A DNA stretch of 64,000 bases from Candidatus Parcubacteria bacterium (GCA_003599755.1 QZJO01000011.1:2424-66423), one strand, 5' to 3'. Numbered from the stretch's first letter, positions 1-9,529 are shown. Notes: generated from the sequence alone by a model not told the origin. Translations and numbers: made by a program.

Positions 1-320
1 TTCGCCTTTTCGATCATGCGCCGCAGCTGTTCAGATGCAAATTGCATATGCCATTCCTCCGACCCCGCGCGCCATCCCGCGGCCAGCGCCATGATCAGGG
101 AGTAGCCCATGACGAGTATGATCGTGACCATAATGAAGAGCGACATAATTCGTTTGCTGAGATCATGATTCGATTTCTTCGATTTGTCGCGAGGACTGAT
201 GGCGACAAAGAGCCACGGGAAGCGTTTGCGCAGGGCGAGCACCAATGACCCGCCGCCGATAATCGACAAATGGGCGATCAATGAAAGACCAGAGAACGGT
301 GAGCCCGAGAGTGGAGACAT
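1..320 (-). CDS. Polytopic membrane protein, 3' end off-window (N-terminus MSPLSGSPFSGLSLIAHLSIIGGGSLVL...); likely co-transcribed downstream of the GT2 gene
   Basis: Minus-strand frame translated by hand is open from the ATG at 318-320 to the window edge. Hydrophobic helices. Begins 5 nt after the stop of the upstream GT2 gene. Not in the ORF track because it has no in-window stop. Confidence 0.45.
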   Translation of the reverse strand, partial: MSPLSGSPFSGLSLIAHLSIIGGGSLVLALRKRFPWLFVAISPRDKSKKSNHDLSKRIMSLFIMVTIILVMGYSLIMALAAGWRAGSEEWHMQFASEQLRRMIEKA

Positions 321-325
321 CATAG

Positions 326-1342
326 TTATATATTTACTCGTTCCGGCTTGAACCAATTAAGATTTTTCTTCCGGAGTACGACCTCTTTGACCATCTGCTC
401 CAGGAATACGTATGCGTTGATGAATACGAGAAGCAGGAATGGGATCGGTACGATGAGCATCTCCCACCGCCGCTCATGCCAAAACGCGAATATGGCAAAC
501 CCCATGGCAACAATGAAGTACGAGAGAATAAACGTCGCAAAGAAGCGCAGGCTGAGAAGCGGAAGCATAATGAGGAGAACAGAGAAGATGATGCCTTCGG
601 AGTACAGAAGCGTCAGCTCGGCCGCGGCTTTCGGTTCGCGGATCGCGATATCCCAATGCTTGATCAGGCATTGCCAGCCGCCGCCGAACCAGCGGCGCAC
701 CTGGTTGACGTAAGCGCCGAGCGTGACCGGATCCTGCGTGAATGCGACAATGCGGCGGTCATAGAAAATTTTCATCCCGAGCTTGTGGAGGCGGTAGGTG
801 AAATCGAGATCCTCGGTCAGCGTGTCGTGATCGAACGCGATATATTTAAGAAACTCTTTCGTACGGAACGCGCCTGCCACGCCGGGGATCACGAATAGAA
901 AACCGATGTAGGACTGTGCGAGCTTATGGAGGTTTTGGCCAACGGCGTACTCAAACGCACGGCATGCGGTCAGCCAGTTGTATTTCATGCTGCGCACGTA
1001 TCCGCCGATGGCCATTACTCGCTTGTCGCGAAAATCCTCTTCAACGTACTCGACAAAGCGTGGGTCAAGAATGGTATCGCCGTCCGTCGCGATGAATACG
1101 TCCGATGTGATAAATTTCAGCCCATATTCTTGGGCATGGCTTTTGTTGCCGGTCGCGATCGGGATAGTAAGGACACGGATCTTGTCGCCGAAGCTCTTGA
1201 GGATTTCGCCGGTGCGATCGGTGCTGCCGTCGTTTACCACGAGTATTTCATCCGGTTTTCGGGTTTGTTTCAGGCACGACAAAACGCACGCCGTGATCGA
1301 GCGCTCTTCATTGTGAGCCGGTATGAGGATGGAAATCCGCAT
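326..1342 (-). CDS. Family 2 glycosyltransferase with C-terminal TM helices (processive GT2 / PgaC-like architecture)
   Basis: ILIPAHNEERSI...VVNDGSTDRT, DGD and QxRRW-like (QVRRWFGGGW) motifs, then hydrophobic C-terminus. Start set at MRISILIP (ATG 1340-1342); the ORF track extends to 1390. Confidence 0.8.
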   Translation of the reverse strand: MRISILIPAHNEERSITACVLSCLKQTRKPDEILVVNDGSTDRTGEILKSFGDKIRVLTIPIATGNKSHAQEYGLKFITSDVFIATDGDTILDPRFVEYVEEDFRDKRVMAIGGYVRSMKYNWLTACRAFEYAVGQNLHKLAQSYIGFLFVIPGVAGAFRTKEFLKYIAFDHDTLTEDLDFTYRLHKLGMKIFYDRRIVAFTQDPVTLGAYVNQVRRWFGGGWQCLIKHWDIAIREPKAAAELTLLYSEGIIFSVLLIMLPLLSLRFFATFILSYFIVAMGFAIFAFWHERRWEMLIVPIPFLLLVFINAYVFLEQMVKEVVLRKKNLNWFKPERVNI

Positions 1343-1407
1343 AAATATTTGGGAATTCCCGGCAGTCCAGGAATCCCCGTCGCGGATCAATATGTGGCAT
1401 ATGTTGC

Positions 1408-1422
1408 AAAATTAGTCAAGTA
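1408..1422 (-). promoter_or_regulatory. Conserved upstream motif AAAATTAGTCAAGTA (gene orientation TACTTGACTAATTTT, contains -35-like TTGACT); copy 1, about 70 nt upstream of the GT2 start
   Basis: Identical 15-mer recurs at 1996-2010 and a close variant at 50279-50289. All three lie upstream of minus-strand gene starts. Confidence 0.4.
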
Positions 1423-1530
1423 GTGGCATATCTTTCGATTTGGCCGCATTTGAATGCGAAACCGCCCCGGCGAATGCTTTGCCGGGGCGGTTGATTCTTG
1501 TTGCTGGACGCCGTGTTCGGCGGGAGTCCC

Positions 1531-1935
1531 CTACGCGGGGATTCCCTCGAGCTCGACGCTCGGTGCAGGTGCGGCGGTGTGGCAGTACTCGATGAACTCG
1601 GGTGTGAACGCGAGCGAATCCTCGCCGATCGTGGCCAGGAACGCGGCGAGGATCTCCCATCCTCGCGTGAAGTCCTGCCTGATCGCGCGGCCCGTGATCC
1701 CGAGCTTCGCGCCGGAGCGGTCGAGGTACGCCCGTGCCTCCTTCTTGGTGGAGATGAGCCACTTGCCGCGCTCCTGCGCCAGGCCCACGACCGCGGTCGC
1801 CACGGTGTCGGCCTCGCGGCGGCAGAACAGGCCCGCCAGCGCGTCGCCGGTGATGCGGATGTCGGCCGGTCGGATGGGGTGATGAGGCCCGTTTGCCTCG
1901 TTGACGATGACTGCTCGTGCTGCCGATTGCGTCAT
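1531..1935 (-). CDS. Hypothetical 134-aa cytoplasmic protein
   Basis: Clean ORF with a strong GGGAGGA Shine-Dalgarno 5 nt before the ATG and the conserved TTGACT-containing motif about 65 nt upstream. No family recognised with confidence. Confidence 0.5.
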   Translation of the reverse strand: MTQSAARAVIVNEANGPHHPIRPADIRITGDALAGLFCRREADTVATAVVGLAQERGKWLISTKKEARAYLDRSGAKLGITGRAIRQDFTRGWEILAAFLATIGEDSLAFTPEFIEYCHTAAPAPSVELEGIPA

Positions 1936-1995
1936 GCGCGTCCTCCCTCGTCGTGAGAACAGATGTAGAGCTTAAACTGCTTTAGCACTATATAT

Positions 1996-2010
1996 AAAAT
2001 TAGTCAAGTA
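1996..2010 (-). promoter_or_regulatory. Conserved upstream motif AAAATTAGTCAAGTA, copy 2 (promoter candidate for the 1531-1935 gene)
   Basis: Exact repeat of the 15-mer at 1408-1422. Followed in gene orientation by AT-rich TATATATAGT and the GGGAGGA RBS. Confidence 0.4.
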
Positions 2011-2081
2011 TCATCGCAGCGTGAACATGCAGTGCGCCGAACGGTAGCACGAAATCCCGTCTAACGGTTGTCGCGCGACGG

Positions 2082-2726
2082 CTATTTGCGCCGGCGTACG
2101 GCGTAGTGGAATGTACCGCGCCGGCGCAATGGACTTTTTGCCGGCGCTCCCCGCTTCTTCCATGCGGGCGTCTCGCGCCGGAAGAACGTCAAACGCACGC
2201 GCGCGACATCCGACGGCGCGGCCGCATGGCGCACGCGTATGGCCGCAGGCGGGAATGTCGTCTGTATTTTCTTGGCAAGTTTGGCCGCGAGTTGGTTTTC
2301 GGTGGTAGTCACGACGATGTCTCGGTCGCGCTCCCGGATGGCAATCACACGGTCTTGCGGATCGATCTGGAACGCGCGTGCTCCGAAAGCGCGCACCACG
2401 CTGAGAAGTTCCTCGAGAAATCGCTGCGGTGGATTCTCGAGAACCAGCTCGCCTTCGTATTGACCGTTCGTGATCATGGCGCATGCCGGGCAGAGCGCTC
2501 GGCCGGGCTGCGGCGCGGGGCGGCCGAATTTCTCCATGAACACGGTCGGATGGTGCCACGATTTTTTATAAAATACCGACATGCATCGTTTGCATGACCG
2601 GATGCCTTCTGGGCTTTTCCCGAATTCCGCCTCATCGGCGCGAGGCCGAGGCTGCTTTTTCTTGCTGATGATTCTCAATTTCTTGGACATATGCGTAGTG
2701 ACTGTTTTCCGGTGCTGGATAGCCAA
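2082..2726 (-). CDS. Zinc-ribbon (CxxC...CxxC) protein, basic N- and C-termini; possibly an RNA/ribosome-associated factor
   Basis: CKRCMSVFYKK...CPACAM pairs of cysteines followed by a globular domain and a K/R-rich tail. Family not confidently recognised. Start may be the internal MSKKLRII. Confidence 0.4.
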   Translation of the reverse strand: MAIQHRKTVTTHMSKKLRIISKKKQPRPRADEAEFGKSPEGIRSCKRCMSVFYKKSWHHPTVFMEKFGRPAPQPGRALCPACAMITNGQYEGELVLENPPQRFLEELLSVVRAFGARAFQIDPQDRVIAIRERDRDIVVTTTENQLAAKLAKKIQTTFPPAAIRVRHAAAPSDVARVRLTFFRRETPAWKKRGAPAKSPLRRRGTFHYAVRRRK

Positions 2727-2834
2727 GAATACGCTCGTAGCCGCTGCGCGGCTTCAGTCATAACTATCCCCTTCCTTCACGACTGCTGCAATAGGAGTCG
2801 CGGTATCGGCAGGCGCGGCTCCCGCTGAACGGTT

Positions 2835-3407
2835 TCATGCCGAGGATTGGCGGGGGTCCGTCTCGCGTATCGGTACGTTCCGATGCTCCGAAGACGTGGC
2901 GCGCGGCGTCGCGATCCACAGCACGGCGCCGAGGGCGGAGCCGATCGCGCCCGCGGCCAAATCCGTCATGGTATCGGTGAACTCCGTGGCGTATGCGGAA
3001 AGCACCACATCGGCGAGCCACTCGGCAATTTCCCAGAGTCCGGCGAGTGCCAAACCAACGGCCGCGGCAACGGCGGCTGCAGCCCACGCAGGCATGGGAC
3101 GCATGCGGTCAGGAAAGAGCGCGGATCCCGCTAAAAATGCGCATGCGCCGGGGATCATGGTGTGCAGGAATATATCGTACAAGCCGAATCGTCCATAGAG
3201 ATCGAAAAACCATCCCAGCACGCCAAGCATCAACGCGAGCGGTACCAGCGGCGCGAGGTGCGGAGGGATGATCCGGTGCCTCAGTATGAGTGCGATGCCG
3301 CCGAACAAGGATCCGTATCCGAGGACACGCATATGCTCGCCGCGCACGAGCCCCGCGGCGAGTAGTACGGCAACAAGCGCCATGAGCCGCCAGGTACCGG
3401 ATCGCAT
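2835..3407 (-). CDS. Hypothetical polytopic membrane protein (about 190 aa)
   Basis: Hydrophobic helices throughout, starting from MRSGTWRLMALVAVLLAAGL (ATG at 3405-3407). The ORF track's 5' extension to 3689 is Arg/Pro-rich and overlaps the DedA gene, so it was trimmed. Confidence 0.45.
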   Translation of the reverse strand: MRSGTWRLMALVAVLLAAGLVRGEHMRVLGYGSLFGGIALILRHRIIPPHLAPLVPLALMLGVLGWFFDLYGRFGLYDIFLHTMIPGACAFLAGSALFPDRMRPMPAWAAAAVAAAVGLALAGLWEIAEWLADVVLSAYATEFTDTMTDLAAGAIGSALGAVLWIATPRATSSEHRNVPIRETDPRQSSA

Positions 3408-3448
3408 ATTCAAGTAGACGCGCCGATGCGCGGAAATTACCGGCCGCG

Positions 3449-4039
3449 CTAGGAGAAGACGTACTGGAGAAATTCGGCCGCGTGCGGCGCGAGATGCGCG
3501 AGCGATATGTTGAATACGGCATTGCCGAGGACCAGCGGCAGCATGATGCGCCAAAACGGGACGCGCGCGATGCCTGCCGGAATAGTAAGGAAATCGTTCG
3601 AAGCCGGGATGACGCAGCCGTAGGCAAAGCAGACGAACATGAATAACCGCGGACGCTCTATCGCGATCCGGTAGATACGCTGGAACCAAATGCTCGTATG
3701 CTCGGGCAAGAGGGCGCGGCTTTGGTATCCGACAAAATACGATGTCGAATCTCCGGTCGTGACCCCGAGCGTCGCGAGGACGCCGAGGAGCAACGGGTTG
3801 AGCCCGCCCACGGCCAGCGTGATGAGGAGGAGATGATACGGGACAAGGTTGAACGTCGTGAATCCGCCGGCGATCGCCGTGAAGAATATGAGGACGTACG
3901 CATTCTCGACGCCGAGGTATGCGACGATGCGCTCGGGCGTATATACGAGCGAAATGAAAAGCGATATCCCGATGAGTATCGCGAGCGGGAGCAATGCCAA
4001 GAGATACCGCGTCAGTTTTCGTTGCGGGAGCCGAAGCAT
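3449..4039 (-). CDS. DedA / VTT (TVP38/TMEM64) family membrane protein
   Basis: Polytopic protein of DedA size with a VTT-domain-like hydrophobic pattern (YVLIFFTAIAGGF..., GDSTSYFVGY). Confidence 0.6.
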   Translation of the reverse strand: MLRLPQRKLTRYLLALLPLAILIGISLFISLVYTPERIVAYLGVENAYVLIFFTAIAGGFTTFNLVPYHLLLITLAVGGLNPLLLGVLATLGVTTGDSTSYFVGYQSRALLPEHTSIWFQRIYRIAIERPRLFMFVCFAYGCVIPASNDFLTIPAGIARVPFWRIMLPLVLGNAVFNISLAHLAPHAAEFLQYVFS

Positions 4040-4040
4040 G

Positions 4041-4445
4041 TCAGCGCGGGATGAGCGATTTGCCGGCGGGCAGGCGCGGGTCGCCTTCCAGAATTACGAT
4101 GCGCGTCGCGGCGATGTCGCCGTTGCGGCGCGCGCCGAATACCATGACAAACTCCCCTCCCTGCAGCGATGGCAGGCCGACCAGCGTCCGGCCTGCCCGC
4201 AATTCCGTATCGTTCCCGAGTATAATGCGGATTGCAATTGCCTCTTGGTTTTCGATGACGATATAGCCGGCGCCGGTTTCGATCACGCGGCCGGCCAGCC
4301 GCTCGTGGCCCCAGAATCGAACAAAGTTGAACGCGGCAAACCCGACGAGTGCCAGGACTGCGACAAGCAGTGCGATGGTCAGCCACCGGGAACCGACGTT
4401 GCTGCGGCGGCCGGAAGCAGGGGCCGTCGGTGCCTCGGCGTGCAT
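4041..4445 (-). CDS. Small N-terminally anchored protein (134 aa), unknown function
   Basis: Internal ATG (4443-4445) precedes a single TM helix (WLTIALLVAVLALVGFAAF) and a soluble domain. The upstream part of the ORF is Arg-rich and unlikely to be coding. Confidence 0.4.
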   Translation of the reverse strand: MHAEAPTAPASGRRSNVGSRWLTIALLVAVLALVGFAAFNFVRFWGHERLAGRVIETGAGYIVIENQEAIAIRIILGNDTELRAGRTLVGLPSLQGGEFVMVFGARRNGDIAATRIVILEGDPRLPAGKSLIPR

Positions 4446-4456
4446 GGCGGAATATC

Positions 4457-4930
4457 TTAGCCGATTAATGTCCGGAGCGCGGGGAATCTGCGGCAGATCG
4501 GCAAGTTCGCGCACCAGGACTCCAATCCCCACACGCGCCCTGCGCGAACGGCGGCGAGGTATAAGAGCGCCGCGGCATATACGACGTGCTCGTCCACGAC
4601 CAGGGAGTTCGGGCTGGGATACGGGAATCCGAGCGGCGCATAGTACAAAAGCATGAGCGCGGCGCCAAGGATGGATGCTAATCGCACGCCGATGCCGAGG
4701 ATCAATGACACGCCCAACAGGGTTAATCCCCACTCGTTAACGAAGTTCGTGATCGGGAGGATGCCGGGGCTTGCCAGCCACTGATATAATTCGCCGAACG
4801 CTTTCGCGTTTCTCAAGTATCCGGCAGCCGACCATGCGGGGTTTACTATCTTCGTCACGCCGGCATAGAAAAAGAGCCATCCGAGCGAAATGCGCAAGAC
4901 GGTGAGCCAAATTTTTTGTGCGGTAGTCAT
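4457..4930 (-). CDS. DoxX family membrane protein
   Basis: MTTAQKIWLTVLRISLGWLFFYAGVTKIVNP... is a typical DoxX N-terminus. Start trimmed to ATG 4928-4930. Confidence 0.6.
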   Translation of the reverse strand: MTTAQKIWLTVLRISLGWLFFYAGVTKIVNPAWSAAGYLRNAKAFGELYQWLASPGILPITNFVNEWGLTLLGVSLILGIGVRLASILGAALMLLYYAPLGFPYPSPNSLVVDEHVVYAAALLYLAAVRAGRVWGLESWCANLPICRRFPALRTLIG

Positions 4931-4961
4931 GGCCTCATGATACCAAGATGGGTGCCGCCGG

Positions 4962-5627
4962 TTATTCACTGCCGGGAATCCGCGTCCCGTCGACCGCGCG
5001 CCAGAGGTACCACGAAGCGATTGAGGCGTATTGGCGCCATGGCCGGGCAAGCTCCTCCATGCGTTTCGGGCTCGGCATTCGTTTGAGCTCGTAGACGATC
5101 TGGAATCCCTTTCTGATGCCGAGGTCCCCGGTCGGCAGAATATCGGGCCGCCGCAGGGTGAAAAGCAGGAACATGTGCGCGGTCCAGACGCCGATGCCCT
5201 TTACCCGGACCAGGTGCGCGATGATCTCGTCGTTTGCCATGCGTCCGAATCGGCGGGGCTGGATAGTACCATCCGAGAATTTTCTTGCGAGATCTTTAAT
5301 ATAGAGCGCCTTTTGATTCGAGAGGCCTGCGGCGCGCAGTTTCGACATGGGCATGGCCAAGACCATTGCCGGCGTCGGAAATTGCTTGCCGCCGAATAGG
5401 GCAAGAAACTTCGCGAGAATGGACGAGGCCGCCTTGCCGGAAATCTGCTGATATACGATGGCGCGCACGAGCGCGCGGAACGGATCTCGATTGCGGCTGA
5501 AATCCGGCGGCCCGTGCCGTTTGATGAGCGGCCGGAACCGCGGATCCATCCGGAGGAACCGCACCGAATCAAAAATCGTACCCTGCTTGAGCGGCATTGC
5601 ATTGATGGGCCGCGGATAGCGCGGCAT
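4962..5627 (-). CDS. alkA: DNA-3-methyladenine glycosylase II / HhH-GPD family base-excision glycosylase (AlkA-like)
   Basis: HhH-GPD helix-hairpin-helix region (LVRVKGIGVWTAHMFLLFTLRRPDILPTGDLGIRKG) with the catalytic Asp context. Confidence 0.7.
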   Translation of the reverse strand: MPRYPRPINAMPLKQGTIFDSVRFLRMDPRFRPLIKRHGPPDFSRNRDPFRALVRAIVYQQISGKAASSILAKFLALFGGKQFPTPAMVLAMPMSKLRAAGLSNQKALYIKDLARKFSDGTIQPRRFGRMANDEIIAHLVRVKGIGVWTAHMFLLFTLRRPDILPTGDLGIRKGFQIVYELKRMPSPKRMEELARPWRQYASIASWYLWRAVDGTRIPGSE

Positions 5628-5781
5628 TATACGCTCTGCGATCGCTTTTCTTTCCGTTTCGGGGTCGTGCCGAATCTCTTGACGCTCCCCTCAAGGCGAG
5701 ACGCCCGGGGCCGGCCGCGGAATTGATCGGGATGCGCGCGTCCGCGCGATGGTTTGCCTTTCATGCGTAGTGATGCTGGCG

Positions 5782-6366
5782 CTATTGCGCCGCGTGCGCC
5801 TTGAGCCGTTCTTTGAGTTCGCCGACCTCTGTTTCGAGTTCGCTGACGCGCCGTGCGCGCTCTTTGAGATACGCGTTCAGCCGCTCTAATTCCTCGATAT
5901 ATTGTTTTGTTTGTCCGGCGAATGCTTTGCGGATCGTGGCATCCGGTTCGATGCCGATAAAGAATTTCACGTCGCCCGCATCATCGAGCACCGGAAAAAT
6001 ATGGAGCTCCTGCCAGTATAGCTCGCCGTCTTTGTTGCGATTTTGCACGTCGCCGATGAACGGGCGTTTCTCTTCTTTGATGGTCTTCCACATCCGTTCG
6101 TAAAAGTCCTTGTCCATGATCCCGCCCCAAAGATCCCCGGGATTTTTTCCCAGGATTTCGGCGGGCGGGAATCCCGTGTGTTTTTCAACGGCATCATTCG
6201 CGTATACGATGCTTCCCTCGGGATCCGTAATTACGACGTGCTCGCCGATCAGGTCAAATCCCTCGCTCAGCGTACTGATCTCCGAGCGAAGCTGTTTCAG
6301 CTGTTCCGGCGGAAGCGGTGTATGGCGGCTCATGGGTATGGCGCCGAAGGGGTTACGGTACGGCAA
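5782..6366 (-). CDS. Stand-alone PAS-domain protein with C-terminal coiled coil
   Basis: PAS core ...VVITDPEGSIVYANDAVEKHTGFPPAEILGKNPGDLWGG... is about 60% identical to the sensor domain of the histidine kinase at 13554-14696. C-terminus is heptad-like (ELERLNAYLKERARRVSELETEVGELKERLK). Confidence 0.75.
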   Translation of the reverse strand: MPYRNPFGAIPMSRHTPLPPEQLKQLRSEISTLSEGFDLIGEHVVITDPEGSIVYANDAVEKHTGFPPAEILGKNPGDLWGGIMDKDFYERMWKTIKEEKRPFIGDVQNRNKDGELYWQELHIFPVLDDAGDVKFFIGIEPDATIRKAFAGQTKQYIEELERLNAYLKERARRVSELETEVGELKERLKAHAAQ

Positions 6367-6450
6367 GTATCGGGGTGGCGATCAGCGGATTCTGCGCCAA
6401 AACTATCATGAATGCACATACACTTCAATGGCCCGGCCGCGGCGCGTTCC

Positions 6451-7425
6451 TTACACGGCACCGCGCTTCCGAGCTTCTATGGTCGCGAGTTTCTGTCTGA
6501 TGGCGCGCATGCGTTCGGGATCGTGAATGGAAAACGCCGTGACGTTCGGGTTCAGATTCCGCAGGGATGCGATTTTCTTTTCCAGATCCGAGGCGTCTTT
6601 GGTATCGCTTTTAGAAAGGAGCACATGTTCTTCTTTTTCGGTCAGGCCCCGGGCATACGCGCCAAGTTCCGCGCGGACCGTGCGGTAATCGCGGACCGGA
6701 TCATCGGATTCCGCGCTGATGAGATGGAATAGCGTCCGCGTGCGCTCAATATGCTGCAGGAATTTTGTGCCCAATCCCTTTCCGCGCGAAGCGCCTTCGA
6801 TGAGCCCCGGGATATCGGCAAGAACGAGTTCGCCGAACGTACCGAGATTCGGCTCGAGCGTGGTGAATTCGTAGTTCCCTACTTTGGCCCGCGCGCGCGT
6901 GAGTTCATTGAGCAGGCTCGTCTTTCCGGCATTCGGCAGGCCGACGAGTCCGATGTCGGCAATGAGCTTTAATGAAAGACGGAGCGAATAATGCTGACCG
7001 GGCTTTCCGTATTCGAATTGTTTCGGCCGCGTGTTGGTGGAGGAGCGGAAGTGGAAATTCCCCCTGCCGCCGATGCCGCCGCGTGCGACGAGTACTGGCT
7101 TTCCGAGGGTGATGATATCGTAAGTTGCCCCGTTAGTGAGGTTCTCGATTGTCGTCCCCATGGGGACGGACAGCGTTAGATCTTTGCCGTCGGTGCCGTC
7201 GCGGCTTTGTCCGCGGCCGTCGCCGCCGTTGTCCGCCGCAAACACCTTTTTATACCGATAGTTCCTCAATATGCCGAGGTCCGATGATCCGATGAAATAA
7301 ATACTCCCGCCCTTCCCGCCGGATCCACCGACCGGGCCGTATTGATGCAGATTTTTATTGAAGCGGACCGCGCCTTTGCCGCCATCTCCGGCGCGGACCG
7401 CGATAGTGATGTCATCGATGAGCAT
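6451..7425 (-). CDS. obg: GTPase Obg/CgtA
   Basis: Obg fold N-domain (AGDGGKGAVRF, GG repeats) and G domain (GLVGLPNAGKTSLL, DIPGLIEGA). Start chosen at MLIDDITIAVRAGDGG to match the canonical Obg N-terminus; the ORF track starts at 7449. Confidence 0.9.
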   Translation of the reverse strand: MLIDDITIAVRAGDGGKGAVRFNKNLHQYGPVGGSGGKGGSIYFIGSSDLGILRNYRYKKVFAADNGGDGRGQSRDGTDGKDLTLSVPMGTTIENLTNGATYDIITLGKPVLVARGGIGGRGNFHFRSSTNTRPKQFEYGKPGQHYSLRLSLKLIADIGLVGLPNAGKTSLLNELTRARAKVGNYEFTTLEPNLGTFGELVLADIPGLIEGASRGKGLGTKFLQHIERTRTLFHLISAESDDPVRDYRTVRAELGAYARGLTEKEEHVLLSKSDTKDASDLEKKIASLRNLNPNVTAFSIHDPERMRAIRQKLATIEARKRGAV

Positions 7426-8875
7426 ACGCTGCCAGGTCGAGATAGTCATCGATCCGGATACTCTTGAGGAAATCCGGAACGTGACTGATAAGGATCATCG
7501 CGCCCGCGTATTGGTCGAGCGCCTGGGCGATTACGGGAATATGGCGGAAATTAATGTGATTGGTCGGCTCGTCGAGCAGAAGAAGGCCGGGTTTCTGGAG
7601 GACGAGCCGCGCAAACGAAAGCAAGCCCTTTTGTCCCTCCGATAAGCTCTCGATACGGTTTTGCATAAGCTCGCCGGTGATGAGAAAGCCGGCCGCCACC
7701 GAGCGGAGCTTTTGCTCGTCCGGCTCGCTCATGACCTCCGCGAGCGTCGCATAGACGGTTTTGGAAAAATCGAGCGTCGAAAAATCCTGGCCATAGTAAC
7801 CGACTCGGACGCCCGGGGCGACAGCCGCGCCGGGTGCGGTACCGGCGGCCAGCGCCTTGACGAGCGTACTTTTGCCGATGCCGTTCGGCCCCGTGATGGC
7901 CAGGTGCTGGTTCTTGCCGAGTTCGATGTTGGCCGGATACGAATGCGGCGCGTCGTCCCGCATCGCGGAAACGGCGGTTATGCGTATGATCGCGCCGACG
8001 AGATCCTCTTGGACGGGAATGACGAACGGCCGGATGGTCTTGTCGTCGCGGCGCACATCCACCATCGCTTCCTCGAGCTCTTCGGCTTTCTCCCGCATGC
8101 GCGTGGCAACCAGACGCATCTGCCCGCCCTTGAACGCGAATTTATTCGCCTGTTCTTTCTTCTCTTGAATGGTTTTGAGCAGCTGGGCGTTTTTGCGCTG
8201 TTCTTTCTCGATGCGCGCGGCGATCTGGTCTACCACGGCGAAATAGTTGCCGACGTATTGCTCGATCTGATGGGTAAACGAATCAAGATAGAGTACGCCC
8301 TTGGTGAAAGCATTAAGGAAATTGGCATCATGAGAAATAACTACGCACGTTTTTGGATAGTCGATCAAAAATTGTCGCAGATGCGCGATACCCGCGGCAT
8401 CGAGATTGTTCGTTGGCTCGTCCAAAAGCAGGAGGTCGGGGTTTTGAATAAGCGCTGATGCGAGCAGAAGCCGCGCCTGTTGGCCGCCCGAAAAACTGCT
8501 GATGAGCCGATCGTGGCCGGCCTTGAGGTTCACCGTTTCCAGTACTGCGTCGATGCGCGGATCAATGTCATATACCTTGTTCGGAAAGCACGCCTGGAAG
8601 AATTCGCGCACGGTGAATTGCATCTGGCCGCGCGAGATGACCTGCGGTGCGGTTGCGATGGTGATATTCGGTTCGCTATGGATTGCGCCCGATTCGGGCG
8701 CCAATGATCCGGTAATGAGCTTGAACAGCGATGTCTTGCCCGCGCCGTTTTGGCCCATGAGCGTGAGTTTGGCGCCGGTGCGGAGCGTAAAGCTAACCTC
8801 GTGCAGGACAGGTTTCTTCGGTCCGTAGCCGAACGTTACGTTTTCGAATCTGGCGATGATATTGCCGCGCGCCAT
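7412..8875 (-). CDS. ABC-F family ATPase (tandem ABC domains, no TM domain)
   Basis: Two Walker A motifs (GQNGAGKTSLFK; GPNGIGKSTLVK), two signature/Walker B regions and an inter-domain linker. Overlaps the obg start by about 14 nt. Confidence 0.85.
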   Translation of the reverse strand: MARGNIIARFENVTFGYGPKKPVLHEVSFTLRTGAKLTLMGQNGAGKTSLFKLITGSLAPESGAIHSEPNITIATAPQVISRGQMQFTVREFFQACFPNKVYDIDPRIDAVLETVNLKAGHDRLISSFSGGQQARLLLASALIQNPDLLLLDEPTNNLDAAGIAHLRQFLIDYPKTCVVISHDANFLNAFTKGVLYLDSFTHQIEQYVGNYFAVVDQIAARIEKEQRKNAQLLKTIQEKKEQANKFAFKGGQMRLVATRMREKAEELEEAMVDVRRDDKTIRPFVIPVQEDLVGAIIRITAVSAMRDDAPHSYPANIELGKNQHLAITGPNGIGKSTLVKALAAGTAPGAAVAPGVRVGYYGQDFSTLDFSKTVYATLAEVMSEPDEQKLRSVAAGFLITGELMQNRIESLSEGQKGLLSFARLVLQKPGLLLLDEPTNHINFRHIPVIAQALDQYAGAMILISHVPDFLKSIRIDDYLDLAAYAHR

Positions 8876-8930
8876 GGTGTTGCCAACAAAAAAGAGCCGG
8901 TGCGGCCCTCTCGTGTTTCGGCAGGGCTGT

Positions 8931-9155
8931 TCAGTGATGCGTATTATGCCAGTCCATAAAGCGTTTTCGATGCTTGTCGATGGACCAGGCGTTGCCGTCT
9001 TTGAACAAAAGCGGGTATGCCAATTGAAATTTTCGGAGCCTTTCCGGGGACGCTTTGGGAAATCCGGGCGGCAACGTCTTGTTGTATTCCACGGCGAAGT
9101 CGTCGAGGGACACTATTGCTTCATTCAATTCGCGTTGCTTATCGACGCGCTTCAT
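8931..9155 (-). CDS. Hypothetical small protein (about 74 aa)
   Basis: ORF with charged, soluble composition. Start placed at MKRVDK. No family recognised. Confidence 0.3.
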   Translation of the reverse strand: MKRVDKQRELNEAIVSLDDFAVEYNKTLPPGFPKASPERLRKFQLAYPLLFKDGNAWSIDKHRKRFMDWHNTHH

Positions 9156-9242
9156 GAATAAATAATACCACGCATAATCGAAAAATGCAACCACAGTGCA
9201 TGGCTGCATTTTCCCGGTGATGGCGCCGTCTCTGGGGGAGCA

Positions 9243-9491
9243 CTACGACAAATGCTGGGAAACGAGCTTGGTCATCTCAAACATGCTCACCGTTTCCTTG
9301 CCGCCGAATACCTGCTTCAGATCCGCATCGGCGTTGATATTGCGCTTGTTCTCCTTATCTTGGAGGCCGTTTTTCTTGATGTATACCCAGAGCTTTTTGA
9401 CGACCTCGGATCGCGGCATCGGGCCCGAGCCGACGATCGCGGCAAGCTCGGGGCTGATCTTCATCGGCTTCATGAATGCGGCGTTGGCCAT
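9243..9491 (-). CDS. SWIB/MDM2 domain protein
   Basis: MKPMKISPELAAIVGSGPMPRSEVVKKLWVYIKKNGLQD... is the canonical stand-alone SWIB pattern. Confidence 0.75.
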   Translation of the reverse strand: MANAAFMKPMKISPELAAIVGSGPMPRSEVVKKLWVYIKKNGLQDKENKRNINADADLKQVFGGKETVSMFEMTKLVSQHLS

Positions 9492-9529
9492 AGCGGTATC
9501 TCGTTACCAATTATCGGTATAACCTTCTC

